A DNA stretch of 63,626 nucleotides, filler included, from Octopus bimaculoides (taxonomy: Eukaryota), in assembly GCF_001194135.2 (NCBI RefSeq). It is 8 parts of 8 records of this genome, joined end to end, with 100 filler letters (N's around TTAATTAATTAA, not from the genome) between each part and the next. Parts side by side here need not be neighbours in the genome. Positions count along the whole stretch, not along the records: positions 46,070 to 54,634 come from NC_068996.1; positions 54,735 to 56,522 come from NC_068990.1; positions 56,623 to 60,377 come from NW_026411435.1; positions 60,478 to 63,626 come from NC_069003.1; 4 more parts are not named here. One strand, given 5' to 3'. The notes under the pieces are model-generated. The model was not told the origin of the DNA. It did no database searches and saw nothing but the letters and a program-made list of their open reading frames with translations. A program made the position numbers and the translations under genes. Below are positions 51,529 through 62,507 of this stretch, piece by piece; position 1 is the stretch's first letter; each line of letters starts with the position of its first letter.

Positions 51529-52512
51529 TGTTCATATACCCAAATGTGTAAAGCCTATATATACATATAAACACATTCAGTGTCATATATGACAGACAGG
51601 TCAACGAAGACAGTTCCTGTCACCAGACTTTTCTGAAAATAGTTCTCAATATGTTCAATGAGACTTGAAGGTTGGTTGGTTGGTTGGTTGGTGATAGATT
51701 TGGCAGTTTGGAATCCATCTTGTTGAATCATGATGGCTGGCTCAACAGGAATGGCAAATCGGTTAAGGAACAGGTACTCAAACAGATTAAGTGCATGACA
51801 TAGCAGAGATATCAGACAAAAGTCTAGCAGCTAAGAGGATCAACATGGAATAAAACGCTTCACTTGATACAAGGGTCAGTAGCCAAGTCTTGTCCAATTA
51901 TTGCCAGCCTAGAATAAAAAGTGGGTAGGAAAACAATGATGATGACAATGATGATGATGATGATGATGATGGCAACAAGGAGGGGGAAGAGTAGGGAGGA
52001 TTATAAAGAAGAGTAAAATAAGTGAAACATAGAGACTTTTCTCAAAGAGGAGAGGAATAGCAAAATGGTCGATTCATCACATTGGCCAAGAAGTGATGTA
52101 CGTCACTGTAATATTGGGCTTTCCAGGGGAGAGGGGAAAATAAGTTCTACCAAGAGGAAAAAAATAGGTGGACTTGACACTTTGAAAATCAGAATCTGGT
52201 AACACTTATACAGGTGTTAAAAAAAGAAGCAACAAAAGAAAAGAAAATTTATGCCTTTCATCAAAATTGACAAAGAAAGAAAGGAAATCACAATTAGAAA
52301 ACACTAAAATATTAACGAACAATTAGAGGAAGACAAATAACTGAAAGAAAAGTAAAACGAAAATGTCATGGAGATCAATATCAAAATATCTTCTATATTA
52401 GTGTTTCTCAACCATTTTGTTCCCTATGGAACCCTTTGATTTCTGTTTTACTCAGATGAACCCTTCCAGTTGTTTGATGTTTAAAAAAATCCTATTATAT
52501 TTTTATGATTAA

Positions 52513-52724
52513 CCCTTTAGCACTACACCCAAGTGAGAGTAATGCTTATTTATTCACATTGTCTTCAGTTAATCATTCATTATCTCACAGCTCTGAGATT
52601 TCAATAATGTGATTGTTTATTTTTAGAATGACATCATAAGGTAAGTGTCAGGGGCTAGATCTGGTCAGTTTGAACGTGAAGCAGAATATTTTGGCCAGAT
52701 ATAGCCAATTCAAATGCTAAAGGG
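52513..52724. mobile_element. piggyBac-type MITE
   Basis: TTAA-CCCTTTAGCA ... TGCTAAAGGG-TTAA. Related AAAGGGTTAA or TTAACCCTTT ends at ~1232, 6848 and 9500. Confidence 0.8.
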
Positions 52725-53539
52725 TTAATTATTATTATTATTAAAAAATTGCTAAAATATTTTATGTATTGTAGAAATAATACCAATTTATTGCACTTAA
52801 ATTTTAGCAACAAAATCTTCTATTGACCCCCAAGGATCATCTGGAGTCCCAAGGGTCATATGGATTCCCAGGGCTCTATAACAATAACATCATCGACCTT
52901 AACATTTGTTTCTAGTATGGGTTATATGTTTTATCTTTTGCTTGTTTCAGTCAATAGACTGCAGCCATGCTGGAGCATCACCTTGAAGAATTTTTACTCA
53001 AATGAATCAACTCCAGCACTTTTTTCAGTCTGATATTTATTCTTGTGGTTTTTTTTTGGGGGGGGGGGTTGTCAAGTCACTAAGTTGCAAGGATGTAAAC
53101 ACACCAATACCGGTTGTGAAGCAATGATGACAAACACATAAAGACGGATGCATGCACGCACACACGCACGCACACATGCATGCACACACGCACGCACACA
53201 TGCACGCACACACACATACACACATATATATTAATCAAAGTGTACAGTATTATATATCCACTACAGTTCAATTATGTAATCCAGCAATCTCCAGAGGTGG
53301 CAGTTGTGGAATGAAATATAGCAACTGCTCTCTATTGTTGGAGGTGAATAGACACATCTGGTTTGTGGTTGCTGTGATTGCAATAAGTCATCCACATCTT
53401 GTGCCATATAGCTGTTATTCCTAGAGGTGTGCTCTACATAGTCATCAAAAACCCACCATGGGTATCATAGATCTGTTACAGTGGAATTATACAACCTAGG
53501 ACATTCAACAGAGAATATCTCAACTCTATCAAATGAGCT

Positions 53540-54230
53540 CTTCACAGGGAAGATCAATAATGACATTAGAAGTGTTCTTGACCTTGCCCTGTGGTGTAAC
53601 ACCAGCGAGGTCATAACATGGTTTAAAACCAATAGCAGAAGAGGGTAGAGCTAGGTTTACCCAATTCGATATAGTGGACTTTTACCCATCTATGTCAAGG
53701 GAGTTCCTTTTTAAGGGATTGGATTTCACTAGGTCTTACACTGAAGTTAGTGACGTGCATGTCAGAAGAACCCTACTCTTCCGTAAGGGGTGAGCCTTGG
53801 CCAAACGAACTGACCTAGAAGGCTCCTTTGACATAGGAACCGGGCACTTTTGACAGTGCTGACGTATGTGACCTTGCTGGTTTCTTCATCCTTGATTTGC
53901 TCAGAAAGAAGTTCCCTTCCACAAGCATTGGCCTCTATAAGGATGAAGCACTGGCAATATAAAGAGGGGCAAATGGTCACATGCTAGATACGCTTAGAAA
54001 GGACCACACCAGCACCATGAATTCCATTGGACAAGAAAACGGTGGATTTCTTTGATATGCTCTGGACTTGGAGTCTGGTGCCTATATACCATTTAGGAGG
54101 TCAAATGAGAAGCTATCATATTAACACAGGTTCCTATCATCCAGCCATTTTCAAGACTTTGTTTTCAAGACTTTGTAAAAGGTGTCAGCATAAGAATCTC
54201 TAACCTATCTTTTGGTGCTGCCACCCTGTG
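53540..54230 (+). pseudogene. Penelope-like (Neptune-type) reverse transcriptase remnant
   Basis: W.NTSEVITWFK, FTQFDIVDFYPS, FD.ADVCDL.G.FIL, IGLYKDE (YRDD position), KTVDFFD, YINTGS.HP. Confidence 0.8.
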
Positions 54231-54353
54231 CTATGATAAGGTCACAATGGATATATGAAACTGTACACTTCAATTAATATACACACTCTACTGACAGATA
54301 CGAGTGCATTTTTTCCTGACTTATGGATTCTTAGATGGCTTTATATCTATCTA

Positions 54354-54634
54354 GGGGTCCACCAAGGTTCCGTCCTCAGCCCCCTATTATTTACCATAGT
54401 CCTCCAGGCAATCACAGAGGAGTTCAAGACAGGATGCCCCTGGGAGCTCCTCTATGCTGATGACCTTGCCCTAATTGCGGAGTCACTATCAGAACTAGAG
54501 GAGAAGTTTCAGGTGTGGAAGCAAGGTCTAGAATTGAAGGGCCTTAGAGTCAACCTAGCTAAAACCAAAATCCTAATAAGTAGGAAGGTAGATAAAACAC
54601 AAACCCCTTCAGGTAGATGGCCCTGCTCAGTATG
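54354..54634 (+). mobile_element. RTE LINE RT fragment
   Basis: GVHQGSVLSPLLF..LLYADDLALIAES. Confidence 0.9.
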
Positions 54635-55183
54635 NNNNNNNNNNNNNNNNNNNNNNNNNNNNNNNNNNNNNNNNNNNNTTAATTAATTAANNNNNNNNNN
54701 NNNNNNNNNNNNNNNNNNNNNNNNNNNNNNNNNNTAAAGCTAAAACCAGTACAAACGCACGAACGATGTCATAAATAAGAGTAACACGGGTAGTTGTTGA
54801 CAAACAACGGGACTAATTTTATTCAAGGGTAAAGATCCCATGACACCGTTACGGCATTAATTGTTTTCACCTCAATAGACGTCAGTGATTGGTTGAAATT
54901 ACCGAAATACGACAATTTTTTACATAAAATAACTTCGAATACAAATTTTTTTATCTGTTCTATACCACAAAATATACAAATATTCGAAGTTTGAAAGTGT
55001 TTCGGTACCAAAAACACTACAAAAAAATGTTGCCCGTCAAACCCCAAAGATCCAAATTTGTTTGTCTTGTTTACAGGCAAAACTCTCACAACACACACTC
55101 ACACACATTCTTCATTTTGTCCTGTACTGCCCATAATGTTTTTCTTAATGTAAACCTTTGTGGTTAATAAAGAAATTATTACT

Positions 55184-55700
55184 ATTGAGTGAGAGAGCAG
55201 GGCATGCCATCAAAGTGACACTGGGGTAAAATATACGAAGCCCATTATACCCATCATGACTACCCGTCTGATAAGGGTACACCAGGCACATGTATCACAA
55301 CCATATGTGCGCAACATGGTGATCTCATATCAAGATAAACAGCGCATGACCTTGCAGGTGGGGTCCAGTTAGAATTTTCTTCAGGTCCAGTAGCCCATCC
55401 CGCTCAAAAGGTCCCTGAATAAGGTTTGTTTAAGGATGTTGAGCAAAACAGCCATGTTTCCAAAGGTGAATTATTCAAACCCCAAAGAATTCTTCTCAAC
55501 TCATGGTTATGATGCTCCCTCACTACTTCTGCTTGTGATCAGAGAGGCACATAGTGTCAACCACTAAGGGACATGCTCAACTGGTTAAGGTCAAACAACT
55601 GACAAGCAAATCAATAGTATTCAACAGAATATTTGCTGTAGCCCATCTTTTATACCAAAACAAAACAATGTAACTTGATAACATTTCCAATCAGTTCAGA
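55184..55700 (-). mobile_element. Retroelement 3' region with (AAT)n tail, unclassified
   Basis: 55184-55462 is highly similar, in inverted orientation, to 61916-62194. Confidence 0.6.
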
Positions 55701-56622
55701 TCAGAAGCCATGAGATCCACTGCCTGGTACTGCATCAGGGCATTTATTATTAGTATCATCATCATCATCGTCATCATCATAATCATTAAGACGACGAGCT
55801 GGCAGAATCGTTAGCAAGCCAGGCAAAATGTTTAGCGGCATTTGTTGGTCTTCATGTTGTGAGTTCAAATACCACCGTGGTCGACTTTGCCTTTCATCCT
55901 TTGGGGGTCGATAAATTAAATACCAGCGAAACACTGGGGTCGATGTAATCAACTCACCCCTCCCCCAAACTGCTACCCTTGTGACAAAATTTGAAATCAT
56001 TACTACTGTTATTATTGTTGTTATTATTTAAGGCGGTGAACTGGCAGAATCATTAGCACGCTGCACAAAATGCTTAGCGGTATTTCATCTGTTGCTACAT
56101 TCTGAGTTCAAGTCCCACCGGGGTCGACTTGGCCTTTCCTCCTTTCGGGGTCAATGAATTAAGTACCAGCGAAACACTGAGGTCGATGTAATCGACTAGT
56201 CCGCACCCCTAAAATTTCAGGCCTTGTGCCTATAGTAGAAAGGATTATTATTATTATTGTTGTTGATGTTGTTGTTGTTATTATTATTATTATTATTAAG
56301 GCGGCGATATTTCGCCTGTCACTACTATGTTGTATACTATGTATGGTTCTATACACACACACGCACACACACATAGCTCGCTTCCCAACCACATGGTTCT
56401 GGGTTCAGGCCCACTGCGTGGCATCTTAGGAAAGTGTCTTTTACTATAGCCTCGGATCGGCCAAAGTCTTGTAAGTGGATTTGGTTGACGAAAACTGAAA
56501 GAAGCCCGTCATATGTATATATNNNNNNNNNNNNNNNNNNNNNNNNNNNNNNNNNNNNNNNNNNNNTTAATTAATTAANNNNNNNNNNNNNNNNNNNNNN
56601 NNNNNNNNNNNNNNNNNNNNNN

Positions 56623-56689
<67 letters not shown>

Positions 56690-57799
56690 CACACATGTAT
56701 GTATGTATGAATGAATGAGGGTCATTTTTCTGTTTCCGTTTACTGAAACCGTTCAAAAGCCTTTGGTTGGCTCGGAGTTATTGTAGAAGTCACTTATCCA
56801 AGGTACCACGCAGTGGGGCTGAACCTGGAACATTGTGGTTGGGAAGCTGGCTTCTTACCACTCAGCCAAGTGGAAAGCATTCATTTTTCTTTTTAAGCAA
56901 CATAAGTAATTTTTTTCTCAACAGTCATTTCCGTTTCTGTCTTTCAATTTACAATGTCACTCTGTACCTATTCTTCAAGCATATTCTTAAATATATATTA
57001 TGTGGTTAGCCAAGATCTGCAGAAATGGTAAATCACAGCTTCACTGATGAACTGCAACAACAGCGAAATGTGTCCGTAGTTATCACTGTATTACTAAATA
57101 TCAGAATCACTCCCTTCCTGAATTCGGGTGGAGTGTACACGCAATTGAAAATGTACGGCCTTGGCACATTCTCTGTGTCCTTCTGGTTCTGGTTTAGAAC
57201 TAAGTTAACGGAACAAATGCCTGTGAAATATTCAGCCACTAAGATGTTAATCCAGGAGCAGATAACTCGGTTGAGGTCAATCAACTGAATCCTGGTTATC
57301 GAGTGACGGAGATGCATCAAGCAACATATCGTACATGCGTGCATACACACATACATACAGAGGCAGGCGTGGCTGTGTGATAAGAAGCTTGCTTCCCATC
57401 TACATGGTTCCGGGTTCAGTACTTGGGTAAGTGTCTTCTACTATAGCCTCGGGCCAACCAGAGCCTTGTTAGTAGATTTGGTAGAAGCAAACTGAAAGAA
57501 TTCCGTCGTATATATATATATATATATATATATAATAAAACAAATGATATATAAGCATATGCATGTATATATAGATGTATATTCGGGTACAGGACGTTAA
57601 ACAAATGAACGGGAGCATAAAAACAAAACGGACTTTGTTTACAGACAACAGAACGAACACATAGGAAAACAAACAAGCCACTTGGAATTAATCCTTCATC
57701 AACTGCCTCTATTCTAAAACCAGGCGTTTCAAAGATAAGGCAGGACGCACTCTTAGAATAGTTTCTTCCTGAGTAGTGGATTAACCCACTAAACAGAGG

Positions 57800-57845
<46 letters not shown>

Positions 57846-57934
57846 GAGAATATACGAAAAAACAACAACAGACGAGGACAGGTGGTGTAAATAACAAAAG
57901 GATGTATTAGTATGACGCTCGGGAATACGGAAAG

Positions 57935-57971
57935 TCTTTGACGTTTCGAGCTACGCTCTTCAACAGAAAGA
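57935..57971 (-). ncRNA. Minimal hammerhead-like motif with one core substitution
   Basis: UCUUU-CUGUUGA-A-GAGC-GUA-GCUC-GAA-ACGU-C-AAAGA; A6 replaced by U. Confidence 0.55.
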
Positions 57972-58413
57972 ATACGGAGACAAGGAGAAAAACACGGAGA
58001 AAAAAAATTGAATAGTGTCCAGTCAGATTGTGTGTCTGTGTTTGTCCTTCCACCATCATCGCTGGGGACGTAAACACACCGATGTTGGTGTGTTTACCTC
58101 CCCATAACTTAGCAGTTCTGCAAAAGTACCCGATATAATAAGTACTAGGCTTACAAAGAATAAGTGCTAGGGGTCGATTCGTTCGACTAAAGGCGGTGCT
58201 CCAGTATGGCCACAGTCGAATGACTGAAACCAGTAAAAAAATAATACACACTCACACATGCATACATACATACATACATACATACATACATACGTACGTA
58301 CATTCATACATGCATACATATATACATATATAGATATGTATGCTCACACACAAACAGGTTCTGTTCAATGTGTCTTCTTTGTTTTCTTTCTTCTTTTTAT
58401 TTGTATTTTCAAG

Positions 58414-58483
58414 CGAATGTCACGCCCACGAAAAGTACTAAGCCGTGTGCTAAGGACATTGGCAAAAGCGGAGGCATGCAATG
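58414..58483 (+). CDS. Internal exon of a putative adhesion GPCR (stalk end and start of HormR domain)
   Basis: Long polypyrimidine tract with TTTTCAAG acceptor; donor TG|GTCAGT; phase 1 to 2; encodes xNVTPTKSTKPCAKDIGKSGGMQW, with C...G..W spacing like the HormR start. Confidence 0.6.
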
Positions 58484-60558
58484 GTCAGTTTGACCAATGA
58501 GTGGACACTACTGTTTGACCATCGTAGCGACACCAGATCCATACTAAAGTCTAGATACCAATACCAATCAATAGTGTTACCAACAACCAACGGATACTAA
58601 AAATATTTTAGTACCTTTAGCATAAACTAAGAAAGAATTTCAGAGTAGGAACACTAAAAATTCTTTATCACTAAGAACTCTTCAAGAATGAATGGTTTGG
58701 AACTAACCACTCACACACACAAAACACACACACATGCATGCATACATATCACAGAAACGTGGGTACACACACATTCCAAACTGTATCAGTAAATACCAAA
58801 GTAGGCGTCACCATTCCAGGACCACCACCACCACCACCGATTCCACCACCACAAACACCAGAACGATGACGACGACAATGACCACCCCCACCTCCGCCAG
58901 CACACCACAGCGTATTGACCGTATTGACCCACCACCAACACCTGACCTAAGCAGGCAGAACTAAAACTAAACAGCAGACTAAACTGGACTGACGATGACC
59001 AGCCACTGACCGCCATACCAAATTGTCAACAGTGACCAAAGAAACAAGACCAACCAATTCCACCAGCAGCCTGGCTTTCTCTCCCTCTCTCTCTCTCTTT
59101 CTCTTTCGCTGTGTCTGTCTCTCTCCCAGTCTCTTCCTGTCCTTTCTCTACAAGCCCAGGGAATTGATCGATCGACGGGGATTTGCAGATTGGTCAATCC
59201 ATACAACAGACATACAGACATGTATATTTGCATGCATACATACACGCACAAACACACAGAGTCAAAGAAACATGTATATCCACATACATATATACACAGA
59301 GGCAATCTCACAAAGGCAGTAAACACACACTCACACATCCCATACACATACACACACATTCTCTCTCTCTCTCTCTCTCTCTCACAAACATACACACAAA
59401 CACGCACAAATTAGAATTAGAACAAGCAAACTCGTACACATACATACAATTATGCATAAATGAGCGGATGCAGCTAGTTTTTTTTTTTCATTCTCAAAAT
59501 ATGCATTTTTTTTTTAAACAGTAAAAATCTGAAAATCGGGTATAATCATATAGTTTTCCAGTTTTTATTGCTATGAAGGTATGGTGTTGTGGAGGAAAAA
59601 AAATTGGAGAAAAAAGTTACAGAGGTTTAAAAATCGCAAAAACTGTATATTTTTAGCCATGAGTCAGGCAGAAATTTTCTGCGTTTAGTGGAGCAGTGTC
59701 AACTTTAAGATTATACCCTGTGAAATTTAAAGTTTAGCGTCTGACCTGTCCATTGTAGGTTTCTAAATAAACAGAAATACCTAATAAAAATCAACATGTA
59801 TAATCTTACTATTTCTTTTGTCTCTTCATTGATTGTGTGGTATTATTTTTTTTTTATTTGTTATATTTAATATATTTGTCTGCATGTGTTTACTTTATGC
59901 GTACTTCAGTATTATGTACACCTGTCATGTATTTGTACACATCATTAATATATCAGTGCATGTGGATGTATGTATTCATATATAAGTTTATATTTACATT
60001 TACGCATTCATGTGTGTGTGTGTGTGTGTGTGAAGGGGGTGTCCGTCTCCAAAACTCCAAAGTTGAGCAACGTTTTCAAGCTTGGATTTGTAAGCTACGA
60101 TAAGAATAGCACTGGTCAACCAAAGAATTTGTCCCAAAGATAAGAATACTTGTATCTTATACGTTTTTGCATACAGAATTCGAAACTAATGTCAGATTAT
60201 CTCTATCACCCACAGTTTCTCTGTTTCACATTATCCCTCTCATTTCCTGTTACGTGGGCTAAATTTCAGTTACGCTGTTGAATTGTGAAGCTAACGGTTT
60301 AAGACACTCCTAATTTAAATTTTATGAACACCTTGGGCAAGTGTCTTCTACTATAGCCTCGGACCGACCAAAGCCTTNNNNNNNNNNNNNNNNNNNNNNN
60401 NNNNNNNNNNNNNNNNNNNNNTTAATTAATTAANNNNNNNNNNNNNNNNNNNNNNNNNNNNNNNNNNNNNNNNNNNNGGGTTGTTCTATGGAAGACCAGC
60501 AGTGGCCCATGCATACCAGCCTCCCCTCTCCACCATCTCCCCCTCTCTCTCTCTCTAT

Positions 60559-60669
60559 CTGTCACATACTGGATGTTCTATTGGGTCAGATGTAGGAAAA
60601 CTGGGAATGTGTTTGTCTGTCTGTGTTTGTGTTTCTGTCTGTCTGTCTGTCTGTCTGTCTGCCTATCGG

Positions 60670-60716
<47 letters not shown>

Positions 60717-60949
60717 CTCTCTCACTCTCTCTCCATCTGTCACATACTAGATATTTTATTGGGTCAGTTGTAGGATAATTGGGAATGTGTTTGTCTGTCT
60801 GTGTCTGTGTCTGTCTCTGTCTGTCTGTCTCTCTGTCTGTGTCTCTGTCTCTCTCTCTGTTTCTCTCTCCCTCTCCCCTTCTCCCTCTCTCTTCATCTGT
60901 CACATGCTGGTTATTCTTTTGGGTCAGCTGTAGGTTAACTGGGAATGTG
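60559..60949 (+). repeat. Three ~53-bp direct repeats separated by microsatellite spacers
   Basis: Core CTGTCACAT.CTGG.T.TT.T.TTGGGTCAG.TGTAGG..AA.TGGGAATGTG at 60559, 60737 and 60897. Confidence 0.85.
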
Positions 60950-61114
60950 CGTCGGCATTTGCTCGCAAAACAATCAGCCAAATCACGGTACACTAGGCCA
61001 CATCTATTTGCCAGTAGCAATGACTTCCAGAATCTCTAACAAACTACACATATTTTTTCTTCCACTTTTTTTACTTATGTCTTCATTCCTCGAATCTATT
61101 TATGCATTTTCTAG

Positions 61115-61186
61115 CAATTTTTCGAAGCTGCAGACAATATTTTGTCCCCTAAACGGAAAGAAAACTGGGATACTATGAACAAAAAG
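61115..61186 (+). CDS. Internal exon of a putative adhesion GPCR (GAIN subdomain A)
   Basis: TTTTCTAG acceptor; AAG|GTAGCT donor; phase 0 to 0; encodes QFFEAADNILSPKRKENWDTMNKK, like the N-L-L...W..L helix of latrophilin-type GAIN domains. Confidence 0.75.
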
Positions 61187-61198
61187 GTAGCTATCATT

Positions 61199-61345
61199 TC
61201 TTCTTCTCCTTCTTCTTCTTCTTCTTCTTCTTCTTCATCATCATCATCGTCGTCGGCATCATTGCCATCTTTCTCACCGTAATCATCAGCGTCGTCATCA
61301 CCCCTACCACCACAACAACCGTCACCACTATCACAATCACCATTC
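61199..61345. repeat. Cascade of trinucleotide repeats (TCT, TCA, TCG, CCA)
   Basis: Direct observation, immediately after the exon donor. Confidence 0.85.
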
Positions 61346-61915
61346 CAGATCATTAATACTTTACATTTCCTAGAAGATAACACCACAACCCCTTTAGAAT
61401 CTTTAATAATAATAATAATAATAATAATCGTTTCCACGGGAGGCACAAGGCCTGAAATTTGGGGACCCAGTGTTTCACTGGTACTTAATTTATCGACCCC
61501 CAAAGGATGAAAGGCAAAGTCGACCTAAGCGAAATCTGAACTCAGAACGTANNNNNNNNNNNNNNNNNNNNNNNNNNNNNNNNNNNNNNNNNNNNNNNNN
61601 NNNNNNNNNNNNNNNNNNNNNNNNNNNNNNNNNNNNNNNNNNNNNNNNNNNNNNNNNNNNNNNNNNNNNNNNNNNNNNNNNNNNNNNNNNNNNNNNNNNN
61701 NNNNNNNNNNNNNNNNNNNNNNNNNNNNNNNNNNNNNNNNNNNNNNNNNNNNNNNNNNNNNNNNNNNNNNNNNNNNNNNNNNNNNNNNNNNNNNNNNNNN
61801 NNNNNNNNNNNNNNNNNNNNNNNNNNNNNNNNNNNNNNNNNNNNNNNNNNNNNNNNNNNNNNNNNNNNNNNNNNNNNNNNNNNNNNNNNNNNNNNNNNNN
61901 NNNNNNNNNNNNNNN

Positions 61916-62194
61916 TGGAAACATGGGTGTTTTGCTCAACATCCTTAAACAAACCTTATTCAGGGACCTTTTGAGCGGGTTGGGCTATTCGACCTGAAGA
62001 AAATTCTAACTGAGCCCCACCTGCAAGGTCATGCGCTGTTTATCTTGATATGACATCACCATGTCGCGCACATATGGTTGTGATGCATGTGCCTGGTGTA
62101 CCCTTATCAGACGGGTTGTCATGATGGGTATAATGGGCTTCGTATATTTTACCCCAGTGTCACTTTGATGGCATGCACTGCTCTCTCACTCAAT
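61916..62194 (+). mobile_element. Second copy of the 55184-55462 repeat, inverted, with (AAT)n tail
   Basis: Aligns by eye with about 10 differences in ~280 bp. Confidence 0.8.
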
Positions 62195-62238
62195 AATAAT
62201 AATAATAATAATCCTCTTTCTATTCTTTTTTTCCTCAG

Positions 62239-62347
62239 AAAGAGACTTCAGCGACAACATTATTGAAGACTTTGGAGAATTTTGGAGAAAACGTGGCTAC
62301 AAAGATCGAAAATGCTACGGAAGCAACCATTATGACAGAAAACCTTG
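62239..62347 (+). CDS. Internal exon of a putative adhesion GPCR (GAIN domain)
   Basis: TTTTTTTCCTCAG acceptor; G|GTATGA donor; phase 0 to 1; encodes KETSATTLLKTLENFGENVATKIENATEATIMTENL; joins in frame to the previous exon. Confidence 0.8.
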
Positions 62348-62483
62348 GTATGACATAGCTATTGAGTTTTAAAGACTTTTTTCTTCCCCATCTCACTTAA
62401 CAATGACGGCTACATATTTGTTCTAAGTACGTTCCGGCGGATCCGAACGTGAACACGTTAATCATTGTTGTGTTTCGTCGCAG

Positions 62484-62507
62484 GAGAACAACTCCTTTAC
62501 GATGAAT
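62484..62507 (+). CDS. Candidate 24-nt micro-exon
   Basis: TTTCGTCGCAG acceptor; GTGAGT donor; phase 1 to 1; open in the incoming frame (GEQLLYDE). Confidence 0.4.

Noticed and set aside
57025-57340. ORF or Gal-lectin-like exon
   Set aside because: Cys motifs fall in different frames with stops and there is no coherent splice pair.
58734-58964. Thr-rich ORF as a mucin-like stalk exon
   Set aside because: It arises from decayed (ACC)/(ACG) repeats, lies downstream of the HormR-like exon, ends in a stop and has no suitable donor.
60105-60165. ATIRIALVNQRICPKDKN as the missing HormR exon
   Set aside because: The spacing is tempting, but it is preceded by an in-frame TAA and no AG gives the required phase-2 G start.
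60559-60949. CRISPR-like repeat-spacer layout
   Set aside because: Eukaryotic context, only three diverged repeats, spacers are microsatellites of 105-125 bp, no cas genes.
9499-62000. Long ORFs in the supplied track containing X runs or HT/YI/CV/NNN repeats
   Set aside because: They read through N gaps or microsatellites and are not genes.
62239-62347. Alternative open frame RDFSDNIIEDFGEFWRKRGYKDRKCYGSNHYDRKP
   Set aside because: It is phase-incompatible with the 61115 exon, hits a stop in the following micro-exon and resembles no known domain.
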